Source of the DNA: Bispira polyomma
Lineage: Eukaryota
DNA: 64,000 nucleotides
Direction of reading: 5' to 3'
Assembly (NCBI GenBank): GCA_965649765.1
Contig: OZ287753.1
Span: forward strand, 9,052,001-9,116,000
The notes beneath the pieces were generated by a model. That model ran no database searches. It saw nothing but the letters and a program-made list of their open reading frames with translations, and had not been told where the DNA came from. Below, piece after piece: positions 12,196 through 24,292 of the stretch (the stretch's first letter is position 1; every line of letters starts with the position of its first letter). Made by a program: the position numbers and the translations under genes.

Positions 12196-13889
12196 AGAAA
12201 AGCTCTAAAATCTAAAATATTGATTATTCAAACACTGTCTATTTTTTCTTATCACGTAAATGAAAAACAAATGCATTGTAAGTATACATAATATATTTTT
12301 GTTTGTTAATTTTTTTGGCACTCTGTAATAATTGCAATGGAAATAGACAAAAATATTTACAAAAAGAGACCAAAAAACCCTCTTAGGGCTTCACTTTTAA
12401 ATCTACCATTGCAAGGGCAAGATACTATTTTATTATTTACAAATTTACCCACCCTCTTCTCCATATGCACCTGTTGGAGGGAGAGCTTTTTAGCCTTTCG
12501 GGAGCAATTAATAGGGGGAAGGGGTTGTTATGGCCCACTTCACGCCTTTTGTGCGCATGGGAGGGCAACCGGCCACTGGGGTGAGGGCTTTAAAAGGTGT
12601 TGACTTCCACTTTGGTGATTGCTTGTGTGTCATAGTGGTCCCATCCTCCTCCAAAAACTCTACCAGGTTAAATCAGGCTCCTGTATGCAGCACTGGATAA
12701 CCAGAACACATGTCAGTACAAGTACAATTGCTCCAATACACATCAACAATCACGTTTCCTGCATGTGATTTATATCTTGTAGCAGTACATCTAATCTATA
12801 ATAATAATAATATAGTCTTTGATATTTTCTTAATTTTAATGAAAACTATATGTGACCAATTGTTGAGTTTACGTGCCACAAGTGTTTCTAGCATATCGAT
12901 AACATTGTTCATAGTTGACCAAAATGGTATTTTAATGACCAAAAAACTGTAATTCATAGCATTTTCAATTTTTACCTTGTGAATACGTCATGATTGCACA
13001 GAGAAACAAGTTTGCACTTTTCTTAATATTCCATAAGCATGGATGTATGTAGTCTTAAAAAACTGCTTCATGGAGTTTTTCACAGAAAGATAGGCTTTCT
13101 GTAAAAATGTGGATCGGATGAGACACATATATACATCTTCTACGCTATAAACTCTCTGTTATCTTAATGGATATACAGCAAATGTAGTTATTATATAAAA
13201 AGATATGCTCACAGTGCTATGGGTTCCTACAACCATGCAGATATCAGGGAATTGTGTGAGCTGTGTGCAGAATTCTCGACTAAAATCAAAGAACTTGATC
13301 TAAGTTAATTAATTTATAACCTATCTGGTCACAAGTCCATTTCTGTGAAGTGAGTCCGCTGTTGATTAGATATTACTTAGTTTACAAAAAATCAACGAAT
13401 ATTTTAATGAAATGGTGACTTGAGAAGATTTGGAAGAGTAAATACATTTATATCTGTAGTTTGCTTTATATTTATTTGTACGTTTTTTACATATTTGTAT
13501 AAAAAAATAATATTGCTTGTGTCACAGATTTTTTTTTAGGAATCTGTTTGGGTGAGGCTAGAAATAATCGAGTAATAGATGTGTTTATGTAACACAATTT
13601 TTAGGATATATAAAAATGAAATAAAATTTGAGTCATCCTGCAAAACTCTTACATTATTATTTATATTCAGTCTTGATCATTGCATTAGTGGTGCATGTTC
13701 TGGAAAAGAATAATTAAAATATCGGGTCAAGGCCCATTTCTGTCATCTGACTATCCATTCGGACAATCAGTGCCTTTGAGTATCCTGTTTCAATTTGGCG
13801 TTACATCAGTTCTTCAATAATAATAATAATAATATTAAATGTCATGGTAGAAAGTCCAATTTTGGTAGAATTTGAAATTATTTTTATTA

Positions 13890-14110
13890 TTATTATTATC
13901 AATTTTTAATGCACTTTCTTAATGCTAGGTATCGTCTAAAGCGCAACAGCAGAATCATTGATCCAATCGTAAAATTCATGGGCACAGCAAAGTCGTAAGG
14001 AAAGATGTGGGAGCGTGCACGAGGAAAGCTAAGGTGGGTAGGCAAGGCTAAAATAGGTTTTAAGCTTTTACTCAAATAGAGAAGCGAAGCAAGGTAGGAG
14101 GGCTGTTGAG
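13890..14110 (-). mobile_element. 3' end of an L2-like element (dispersed repeat)
   Basis: Segment gcaacagcagaatcattgatccaatcgtaaaa..catggg..agcaaagtc.taaggaa recurs at ~33905-33970 and ~50765-50830; (aat)n tail on the - strand. Confidence 0.55.
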
Positions 14111-15055
14111 TGACTACAACTATGGGTAGAAAGTTCTATTGAGTATACTTCAAATGACCAGTAGATATGTGTTTCACACATGTCACTTAATTAAATATGT
14201 TTCACATGGCCATTTAGCATTCACATGCCACTTCATCAAGTATAATTCACATAGATGATAGATCGAGGCTTCACATTTAACTTTATTGGGTATGAATATA
14301 GTACGTCAGAATTTGAATAAAATATGATGTACAGAACACCAATAAATAAATAAAAATTGTACCATTAGTTAGCACGACATATCCATACATTTTTAAAAAT
14401 CAACATATTTGTTTCTTGTATTTATAATATGGGTATTCATAATGCATTCATTTATTTTACCAAATTAATTAAGAAAGATCTAATCTAATCTAATCTAGTC
14501 GTACTTTTATAGCGCTTAATCTTTGTACAACAAATTCTAAGGCGCAACAAACCCAAAACGTTAAGATATGACTGCAGTGAGAATATACATCCAATAAATA
14601 AATGAATTCATTTTGAGTAACACATGATTTGCCTGACTCCTCATATAGTTTATACTACTGCTGGATTTTTACAAACAATTTTCTCTGTCACAACCAAGTT
14701 GTTAGGAATTGTGTTTATATTAGATATATATTTGACTAACTACCATTTACTGCTAACCTAAAACACGGTTGTACCTATGTATACATTTACAAAAGCAATG
14801 TCTACTTCATTTTTTATTTTTTTTTTTTTTATATTATTTTATTTTACCCATGCCTGTTGTTAATTTTTACTAATTGGGTGCTAAAGGGCATATGCAGTTT
14901 TTGTCCATACGTCATGTTATATGTATTTAAAATGAAGCAAAAAATCTAAATTTGTGCTCATCTGCTGGTACTGACCCCTTATTATTGTTGTTAACTCACC
15001 ACATTTCAATGTTCAATGACCAGTCAAATGTGTGTGATGTCAACAGAGGTAAATA

Positions 15056-16105
15056 CTATGTACCCAACACGGCTATAGTTGTTGGGACAATTCTGCTCCC
15101 ATTGGCATTATCTGACTGGCGGCACATGGTAGCCACAACCTGTCTCCGAAGACGACTGTTTTGCATGAGAAACATCATTGGCATTGCAACAGTGTCCAGG
15201 TAGCTGAGATTGATGAAGAAACGGGTGATGTTTAGCAGCTGCAGTGGGTCTTTCGTGAGTTGCGGGATGATGGCTAGGAACCATCCAACATAAGGCGAGA
15301 TGTAGGTGAAGGCGAACACGCAGCTCAGAAGTACACCCGCCTTGAGTGTGAATGCATCGCTCTTGCCCACTTTGAAGTTACTTTTCCTTTTACGGATGAG
15401 GTAGGCGATGAGAGTATAGCTAATGAAGACCATACTGAACAGGATGATGAGCATACTAGCCTTGATCAATGTTAAGTAACTAAGTGAAGCATCTCCGCTG
15501 AATGGCAGACGGGCAAGGCAGATATTTTGTATTGAGCTTTCAGGCAATAAGGTCGGTACAGTTAGGAGGCCACTAATGATGCTGTTGACTACCAGGATCT
15601 TTCGAACGGTGGCTCCCTGTAGCTTAACCACAGATGCCACAATGCAGACATAGGCCCGTAGTAAGGCAATGGCTGCGGTCATGATGAGACCAAAGTTGTA
15701 ACCATAGCCCCTCATGAAGATCTTCACGATGCAATACGGTTCTGTCTGAAAGTCGAAATTGCGGCAGATCTCTACCATCTCCATGATTGTTGTGGTACAG
15801 GAACGTAGGATGTTGATAACCAACATGGCTGACACAAGATTATTGAAGGGTGTTCTTAGGTGCTTGCTCCGCTGGATGGTCCACACAACAAGGGCATTGG
15901 GAACAGTGAACAGGAGAATGACCGACAGCCAGGTAATGTTAAGGATACTGTACCACTTCAAAGGCCCACTGGGGAAATACAACCTGTTAATGGTGTGGAG
16001 GCCGGATGTGGACATTGTAGTGTGCTCACTGTCACTGAAGTTCTCCACTTTTTCTGTCCAATTTGTTGTCTGGCCAGGAAAGTCCCTCGATGTGGATTCA
16101 TTCAT
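15056..16105 (-). CDS. Intronless rhodopsin-like (class A) orphan GPCR, 349 aa
   Basis: N-terminal N-glycosylation sequons (NES, NWT, NFS), seven hydrophobic segments, TM1 PNALVV, loop RTPFN, Cys at the top of TM3 (PYCIV), IALLRAY at the DRY position, basic ICL3, helix-8-like NSRLRRQV; GC higher than the flanks. Confidence 0.9.
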   Translation of the reverse strand: MNESTSRDFPGQTTNWTEKVENFSDSEHTTMSTSGLHTINRLYFPSGPLKWYSILNITWLSVILLFTVPNALVVWTIQRSKHLRTPFNNLVSAMLVINILRSCTTTIMEMVEICRNFDFQTEPYCIVKIFMRGYGYNFGLIMTAAIALLRAYVCIVASVVKLQGATVRKILVVNSIISGLLTVPTLLPESSIQNICLARLPFSGDASLSYLTLIKASMLIILFSMVFISYTLIAYLIRKRKSNFKVGKSDAFTLKAGVLLSCVFAFTYISPYVGWFLAIIPQLTKDPLQLLNITRFFINLSYLDTVAMPMMFLMQNSRLRRQVVATMCRQSDNANGSRIVPTTIAVLGT

Positions 16106-18035
16106 TGTCTTATCTCAGTTTCCTCCCCTTATTTCCTATGCCAAAAACAGCTTTTATAACTTCTTCCTCAAAGTAAACTAAACTTAGAAAAACCTTGCTC
16201 CAACAAACAAATAATCAAAACATTAGTAGTCAAATCAAACATATGCTACTAAAATGGCCTCCCAAAGTAACCCCAGAAAAGGATCTGGTTATAGAAACAA
16301 CCAGACAATCTCTTTTTATATAGAAGAGTCACCACCAGACAGATGACCAGGGCCCAAATTCTCCAAAGAAACTCAACCTCAACCTCAAACCCTACGCAAA
16401 TGAAGGCCATGTGGAAGTTGTTGCATATGGATACCATAAGATATACTACCTGTACTGAATGTTGAATTTAATATAGCCGTTAATATTAACTTTAATATAA
16501 AGTCAAATTTTAGCTTCTCTTTAGCCAGAGATATAGGAAGACCTAACTTACAGTTGAAGTTGAGTCTGAGCAAAGATTGAGATTTTTGGAGAATGCAGCA
16601 AATTTCACCATCTTCTTCAAACACTTAATTGTTGTCAACCGACAAACTTTTAGCAGCTGTATAATGAGCAGAATCTTATAATTTGGTACTTAAGTGCATC
16701 TTAGCTATTGTTTGGACAGCCTGATCATGCCTTCTATGTGTTACTAGTTTCCTTCTTTCGTCACACACACCCCAATCCTATTATACTGTAGCTTATTATA
16801 ATTTGCACCCCTCCCCTCCCCTCCCCCCCAACACACACACACCAACCCCCCCTAGAAAGAAAGACAAATAAGAGACAATAATATATTCTTTTCCATTTAT
16901 TTCTGATCACAATAAGGGGTTTAGGATTAAAAACTACAGATTGATATTTATAGGTGCACTCATTAATAAAATTAAGAATCAAAAGTATATGTTTACTGAG
17001 CCTTTAGTTTAAGGTTGATTTCTTGTTTAGAAGAAAAAGGTGTATTTTTGGGGGGTTTTTTTTCTCAACCTTAACACACCTCCTACACACGTCATTAGTC
17101 CTGGCTGTGAAAGTATCCTATCAGTATTGGCTGGTTATTCTCTACTATATGCATCGTATATTCTTGTAACATAGTTAAATGGTCTGTAATTTATATGATT
17201 GGAACAGTGCATTCGGAATGCCTGATGTGCTAGGTTTCTGAAAAAAAACAACTTACATTCGTATTTATGGAATGTTCATATTTCATATTTTATAGTGTAA
17301 CATTGTTCCTCTGTGTAATCATACTTACTCACAATTTCAAATTTGACAATTATATGTGGTACAGGATTTTGATCAATAAGTTACTGACACAGTTCAATCA
17401 ATCTCCTAGAAATATTTGTGGCCGATACACGAGGACAGAAGTGTACTTAGTGTACTATCAATGATTATAGATTATGTACTGCTACAATTAAGGACATACC
17501 TTAATAATTAACAACACAAGGGGTCAACATCGCTACAGGTTCAACAACCTGAATATCAGAGTAAAGTAAAATCAATCCAAAAAACAAGGAAGGGCTAGAT
17601 TCAAAGCCTAGTATGATGCCTATTCAAATAGCATGAATTACTTGTGCGCAGTACTTAGACATGGACCTCGTTGGGAAAATAAAGAAACACAAAATTTGCT
17701 ACACATTTATTGTCTTCAATAACATCAGCAGCAACTGTTAACAGCAGTATTAAAATTTCTCATTATGTTTTTTTTTTACTTTTCCATTTGCATTCTGTGA
17801 ATATTTGAGAGAGTTGTGCCATTTTTCATGTTACCAGTTGTATTTGTAAATGCAAACGAAAACTATTTATTAAAATTGCTAATTAACATCAAAATTAAAC
17901 TAAAACATAATGATGAGACATACTGTAGGCAATGTATATATTTCTAAAGTTTAATAGGCTTCATGTACTACTCTGCAATTTATATATACATGTACAGTGA
18001 TCTTGTTGTTTAGCTCCCTCTATTGGTGACTTGCT

Positions 18036-21000
18036 TTAATTGCCCCCAGGTTCACCTTTTGGGCCGCGTGGACCACGGAGGCCAATTATACCAGGACGAC
18101 CTTCGAAACCTAGAAATACCAAACATATGTATGCTGAAGTTATTTTTTTAATGTCTTTGGTCATTACGGCAGTCAGAATATCTTTTAACAAAATCAAATG
18201 ATATAGAAGGGCTAAACTATGTGAAAGCTTTACAAAATATAAAGAATGAAATAAGAAAATGGAATACTGGATATTTAACACCATTTGGTCAAAAAACAAT
18301 AATAAACATCATTTCCAACTGTATCCACCTGTTAAAATCAATGCAAAGCTCAGGTTCTTTTATTTGTGCCAACTACATCTAAGGGGGGAAGGGGGGGGGG
18401 GGGATAAACTGATAAATATCTCTCACTTTCAAAAGGCTCTTGAAGTAAGTTGGATAAAAACTCCATCAAGCACTCAGTCGTGGAAATTATATACAAACAT
18501 AAACCATATTGGCAATGAGTGGTGTAAAACAATTTAATAAAAAAAAACAAAAAAACACACAATCAGTTCTGGCACAATGTTCTAGAATATTGAGTAGATT
18601 TATGCACGAAACAAACCTGTACCTCTAACTGGGATATTTTAAGGACTTGCATTTGGTATAACTCATATTTTTGATAAGCCTACATTTCTTTCAGATTGGT
18701 ACAGAAGTCGAATATATAATTTTTAAATCACAAATTTAACTGCAGTGTTAACATTTTAAAATACCATAGAGTAAAACTAAATGTTAAATCCTTTAGTTTA
18801 AAAAATACAATTGAGTCTCAATGGATATCTTAGTAGCTAACATATCCATTACATTTGAATGCAGGTTATCAAAATTACCAAGGATGCAAGAAATTTTTTT
18901 TGTTTACAATGGGGCTAATCCAAAAGAAAAGGCACTTTGCCAAAAAATATGGAGAAGCATACTTAGGGAGGAGTCCACAGATATTGAGAAAGAAGATAGG
19001 TGGGCTTTGGTTTACAAAATATACTTTGAGAGTATACATGACAATAAACTTATTTAGTTTTAATGCCGAATTTTTTTATAAAATTTGGGAACTAAATATC
19101 AACTAATAATAAAAGTAGTTTTTGTAAGCCACATGCGAAAACCAATATATTAAATAAAAGATGGGTAATTTGGGGAAAATATTTTTTTAAGTACTTCCTG
19201 CATTTTTCTTGTTATTTTAAAAAAATTAATAAAGATATATATTCAGTGATTATTTGAGTGTGCACAGATTGTTAAAACCTTTTATATGCTTAGTTAAGTG
19301 GGAAAATAAAGAATTTAAATAAAAAAACAAAAACTTACCAGGTCGTCCCGGATGCCCTTTCTCTCCACGCAGTCCACTACGTCCATGTAATCCTTCTGCT
19401 CCCATGCCACCTGTCATTCAATTCATAAAAAAGTACCAGTACCTGTCACCATATATATCTGCCTTAAGCTGGCAGCCACAGGATGGGATGAAATAGTACA
19501 TTTGTTATAGTGCACTTACAGACCACAGTGTCCTTTTAAATGCGCTTCCTGATGGGCAGCCACTATGGGCACTGAGGTGCTTAATGATGACCATTTATCA
19601 ACGTCCCCAAGGATCTTTAATCTGCCACTGGAGATATTACTCAGTGACAGAGGACTGTCATTTTAAGTGGCCATCCAAGCCACTAGGCAAACTTGTGTTC
19701 ACATCTTGCCTATGGATGTTATCCCACCAAATGAAACTAGCAGCCGGTACTGGGAATAGAACCGGGGACCTTCTGATCATCAGACCAACAACCTAACCAC
19801 TAGACCACGGTGGATCAAACCAATGTGATTAATGTTCCCAGGCAAGTGTTTTCCCACAAGGAGGTTACTGACAGAATAGAAATTGACATAAGGGGGAAAC
19901 AAAGCGGACATACCTTTAATACCTGGAAATCCACCGTTTCCATTCTCTCCTTTGTCACCCTTCACACAAAATCCTGTATCATATAACATTTCGATTCTAC
20001 AGACACAGAAATTTGTATTTGGAATTGTTCACCTAAAATAAGCTTTACTAGTGAACGTTACTGGACAATAAAAAAGTTGACTTGTTTTCAGTTAAAATTA
20101 ATCAGAAGTGAAAATAATTTCCAGTAAAAATTGTTCCTAGTTAAAAGTTACTCAAGACTGTAATTATTTAGTATTTTTTAACAAAGCCCATATTCTATTA
20201 TTATTTAGGTTGAATAGAACCATCAGCATTCAATTTAAATATGCAGTCAATTTTATTTAATCTTCCCTGTCGCCACAGATAGGATGACTGTTTTTATTCA
20301 GCATTTTATGTCAATCTTGGAAGCTACACACCTCTGATGGATAGAATAAAATAGAAATACTATTCTAATGAACCATCTATGATCTGAACAAAACCTTTCA
20401 CTCCTAGCATGTTTGAAAAATAGAGGTTTTTCCTTCATATATATTTATACACACATTATTGCCATCATTACCACACATAGTTACATACCACTGGCTGCCG
20501 GCATATCCAGTTTGTGTTTGTCAATCATCTCTTGGATCTTGTTCAGTCTATAGTGTAAGGTGACCGAGGCTCTGTCAAACTGGTTTTCATCCAGACTTTC
20601 GGGATCTGTACCTAGTGTGCTCACAACATCCTATAAAGCATAACCACAAGCCATGATTTCCATTCATCCAATTTAGTACTTTTTTATTGTTGGATAAATT
20701 AGATCTTCTATTATCTAAAACTTTATATTATCCAAATATGACATCAGATTGAACCCGAAGCAGCATCTAGCATTGACAGTCTTAAAACTAGACATTTAAA
20801 CTGTTGCTAACTTGAATAACAAGCAACATCATAACTAGGAGAATGAACTGGGCAGGAGAGTTTACTTCAAAAGGGTTTTGCCTGATGTTGAAATCTAGCT
20901 TTAACTGATCTTCAGAAAATATACTCTAGAAGTGGACTTCTTACCAAATACACATTTCGGCTATATTCTTCTGTGAGCCTGAATATTAAAAAGTACTAAA

Positions 21001-21305
21001 AGTACTGAAAGACTAACACTTATTAGAGGCCATGTACATACAGACAACTCAACGTGTGATGGCTTCCTCCACCAGTAAACTACGCATTTTGATATATTCA
21101 GATGCTGAAAGTGAATTTAAACTCTAATTAAGGTGAAAAAAAACTATATTAATAAGATGGTGCGATAGCAGACTAGAAGGAGAGAACCTTATTTCAACTT
21201 ACATCTAGTTCTGTAAGTTTTGTGGACAGTTTTGTACACAGTTTACTCAGATGCTTGATGTCTGCACGGATGTAAGAAACCATGGCTTTCTCTTGTGCCT
21301 CACCC
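18036..21305 (-). CDS. Collagen-tailed protein gene copy 1 (divergent; five exons, signal-peptide exon not found)
   Basis: GT-AG exons 21305-21203, 20630-20489, 19973-19914, 19410-19339, 18109-18036, all in frame: GEAQEKAMVSYIRADIKHLSKLCTKL...DMPAAS-GFCVKGDKGENGNGGFPGIK-GGMGAEGLHGRSGLRGEKGHPGRP-GFEGRPGIIGLRGPRGPKGEPGGN*. Confidence 0.8.
18740..19320 (+). mobile_element. Decayed L1/Tx1-like ORF2 3' fragment in an intron
   Basis: W..VYKIYFESIHDNKLI.F..RIFYKI.GT pattern resembles the zf-RVT-proximal region; A-rich end at ~19315-19333. Confidence 0.45.
19495..19812 (-). mobile_element. tRNA-derived SINE
   Basis: Minus strand begins ccaccgtggtctagtggttagg (A box) ... ggttctattccc (B-box-like); central ggatggccacttaaaatgacagtcctctgtc...ttaaagatcc; L2-like tail aagtgcactataacaaatg. 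Confidence 0.7.
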
Positions 21306-24136
21306 CTGAAATGTAGCATAAAAAATACATATGGATAGAAAGAAACCTGGATTTTCTACATAAATCTAAGCTCTGACATGTTGTGTAAATCAAAGCTACA
21401 GCAAGTGGATAAATTATTCCAAACATGGCACCTTAACCCAATATGTACTACCAGGTACTACATTTGTAAATACCAGGTTTATATTTGACATAATAATATT
21501 ATAGTGTCAGAACCCCCCAAAAAAGGATATGAAATAACTTGTGATATTGAGTTGATAGATCACTTGAAAATATATGCGTGTAAAATCAGTGACAGTGTAA
21601 TATCTACAGTGGCAGTGTAAACTATTGTGGCAACTTTTAAATTCCTAATGTAATCCCTAAAAATGCTATTTTATTGATAGCAGTGTATTTTAAGTGGTAG
21701 TTAAGTGTAATACCTAAAGTATTAGGCAAATCAAATACTTTCAGTGTTAGTAAAGTGGTAGTCAATGGTAGTGTAATACTTAAAGTATTAGGCAATGCTA
21801 GTATCAAATGTAGGATATTCATGAATAGAGAATCAAATACTTAGGAGAATGCATTATTTAAGGCTGTATTTTGTGACACTGTAATACTGTATGTGCTATT
21901 TATTGGTAATAGAGAACATTTTATTGTTGCTGATTGAGACCAGTCTCGATAATATGGTTGAAATTATATTTCCTAAACAAGTCTGGCTATTTAATTTACT
22001 TTGGGCTGGTCGCATTGTTTGAGGTAATGTTTATTGACACCTCACTCCTTTGACTACTACATTCTTACTATTACATCGTTACTGGCTAGCATTTCAAGTA
22101 TAATACCACCACTGACTAAAACTTTTTGTGTCAAAAGGTTTCTCTAACTAATTCATATTGCCATTTCATAGCATAATAATTATATATATAGTTTATTTGT
22201 AAATTTTTGTACATGAGACATGTACAACTCGTGTTCACATTATATATACTTGCTGTATGCCCCTTAATTCTACAAAAGTATCTCTAATAAGAACTGTTGC
22301 ATATTATTATGATTTGAATAAATTTGTATTAGACAATAAAGAAAAAAGCAGAAAAATATTATTTTGAGTCATGAAAACTCTTGGAAAAGAGGATATATAT
22401 CAGGTTATAATAACACCTTGAAACCTTATCAGTAATCAACAACATTAGGTTAACCATTTAAAATAACAAGCCCTGAAACAAAAAGCAGACAAGAAAATAC
22501 TGACTGTATTCAGTGACTTGTCCAGATTTAAAAACTTATATCAAACCTAAATAATGCAGTCTTCATGGAATAGGACAGTGATTTCTTACCTATGGAATGA
22601 CACACAGTTAATAGTATGTATTTAAAAATGAATGATACATATCATGCAATTGTTAAGTCATTTTATTTCTAAATGTAGAGATTGGATGAACTCTGAACAT
22701 CCACATATATCTCTATGAGTTTATTTGGTGAAAATAAAAAAAACTATTGTTTTTATAATACTAAAATGTTTTTTTCCCCTCAAAGTCATTCACCTTATTG
22801 TGTAATACTGCCATCTATTTTCATCACTTATAGTAGCCTTTCTTTGGATCCAATTGTGTGACCTCTCCAGTAAAATTTGTTTATCATAACAAACACACAG
22901 CTCAAAAGAAAAATAACAAAACAAATGGGTTATAAAGTTTGCTGTAGAAGCCTGCTTAACTTAATTCCAAAACTCAAAATAGGCTTATTATATGTAATAT
23001 TTTAATTTGAAAACAAATGCTGGATATCACATGGAGCCAGATAAGGCTACGGTTGCAGGTTTGTAACCTATTGTGTTAAAACAATACTCACACTTGTTGG
23101 TCACCAATATAGGGATGGGATACAGATCGTATTAGAATCATTAAAGTTTTAGAATAGATCTGCATGCAGGGCTGCTGCAAGAATATGTTTTTAAACCCAT
23201 TTTGACACTTAGTATAGAGTTAATTTTAGGATGTTCTTGTTTAACTTGGCCATTTGAAAAGAACGTAATACTGTCAGTACAATATAGACCTTTCCTAAAT
23301 GTTCCCCTTAATTTGATTAAGAAAAAGGTTTGCTAAATAACTATATGTGGGGAAAAAAGACTTTGCAAACTTTGCAGCACATTTTTTATAATCCAGCATT
23401 TTAGAGTCAAGCAATACCATCAGTACATCAACATCAGCTACAATTATTGTACTGAATTTTCTCATAAGGGTTTATATACCTGTAATTACCTTATACATAT
23501 CACCTGGTACATGCTGTAATCGAATATTCACTGTATCAATACCCAATGAGACCGCTTATGAAATCCCCTAACCGTTTGTCAGATGATGGTTTCAAACAAG
23601 TTCAAAATTTTGGCTCTCCAGGGACGGTTCAAATTAAACCACCTGTTGCAGTTGGTTGACAACCTCAGACTGTAGCTCAACCATTCTTGATAACCGTCTC
23701 CACTTCTAGTCACTTCAAACCGTCTATTACCATTGGTGGAATATTTGCAGATGGTAGAGCACAGTGATAGGTAAGAGGCGGTGATGTGCTCCCATCCGGT
23801 AGACTCCCAGTGAGAGCAGTTAATCCCGGCGATTGAAGCAGTGAGAAGTGGTGGCAAAGCGGTGGTCAAGCATGGCGAAGCAGTGACAAAGCTGTTGTGT
23901 ATGGGTGAAATAAGGTGACAAGAGGTGACCATATATGATAGTAACGGTTTGGAACGTTGTCCTATATATAGTCTACATGTGCATATCACAATCATTTCAT
24001 TTTGCAGTGTCAGTGGTTAAGTGTATTTTGAGGGTTTACTTAAACTGGTGTACCATATGATTTTTTTAATGGATCTTAACCTGGACCTCGAGATCCTGTA
24101 TGGCTCTAGTGGACCGGGGGAATGGGGGACCAAATA

Positions 24137-24292
24137 TGACGAGAAAGGCCAAGCTACACCTGGAAGATGTTGGGGAGGACATGCTCATTGACTGGGTCTG
24201 AGATAACCTCTGCCTATATAGCAAGGGTTTACAGAAACACCAAAGAAGGGCCAACCTCTGGGACGACAAGGCTGTTGAGATGAACCTGACCA
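24137..24292 (+). pseudogene. Decayed MADF/Myb-SANT-like exon (paralog at ~39377-39532)
   Basis: MTRKAKLHLEDVGEDMLIDWV*DNLCLYSKGL / TKRRANLWDDKAVEMNLT; stop and frameshift present in both copies. Confidence 0.55.

Noticed and set aside
12460-12712. GC-richer stretch resembling an RTE/SINE 5' region
   Set aside because: Single copy in the window, no TSD or clear Pol III boxes; cannot be classified.
15056-16105. Idea that the zf-3CxxC gene is an RTP-like chaperone for this GPCR
   Set aside because: The zinc-binding protein resembles ZAR1 rather than RTPs, has no transmembrane tail, and lies 35 kb away; proximity alone is not evidence.
15759-16181. + strand ORFs overlapping the GPCR
   Set aside because: Antisense shadows of the GPCR CDS with no recognisable motifs.
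20944-20978. Possible 34-nt cassette exon (ag...gtaag) in a copy 1 intron
   Set aside because: It would shift the frame between two phase-0 junctions and is absent from copies 2 and 3.
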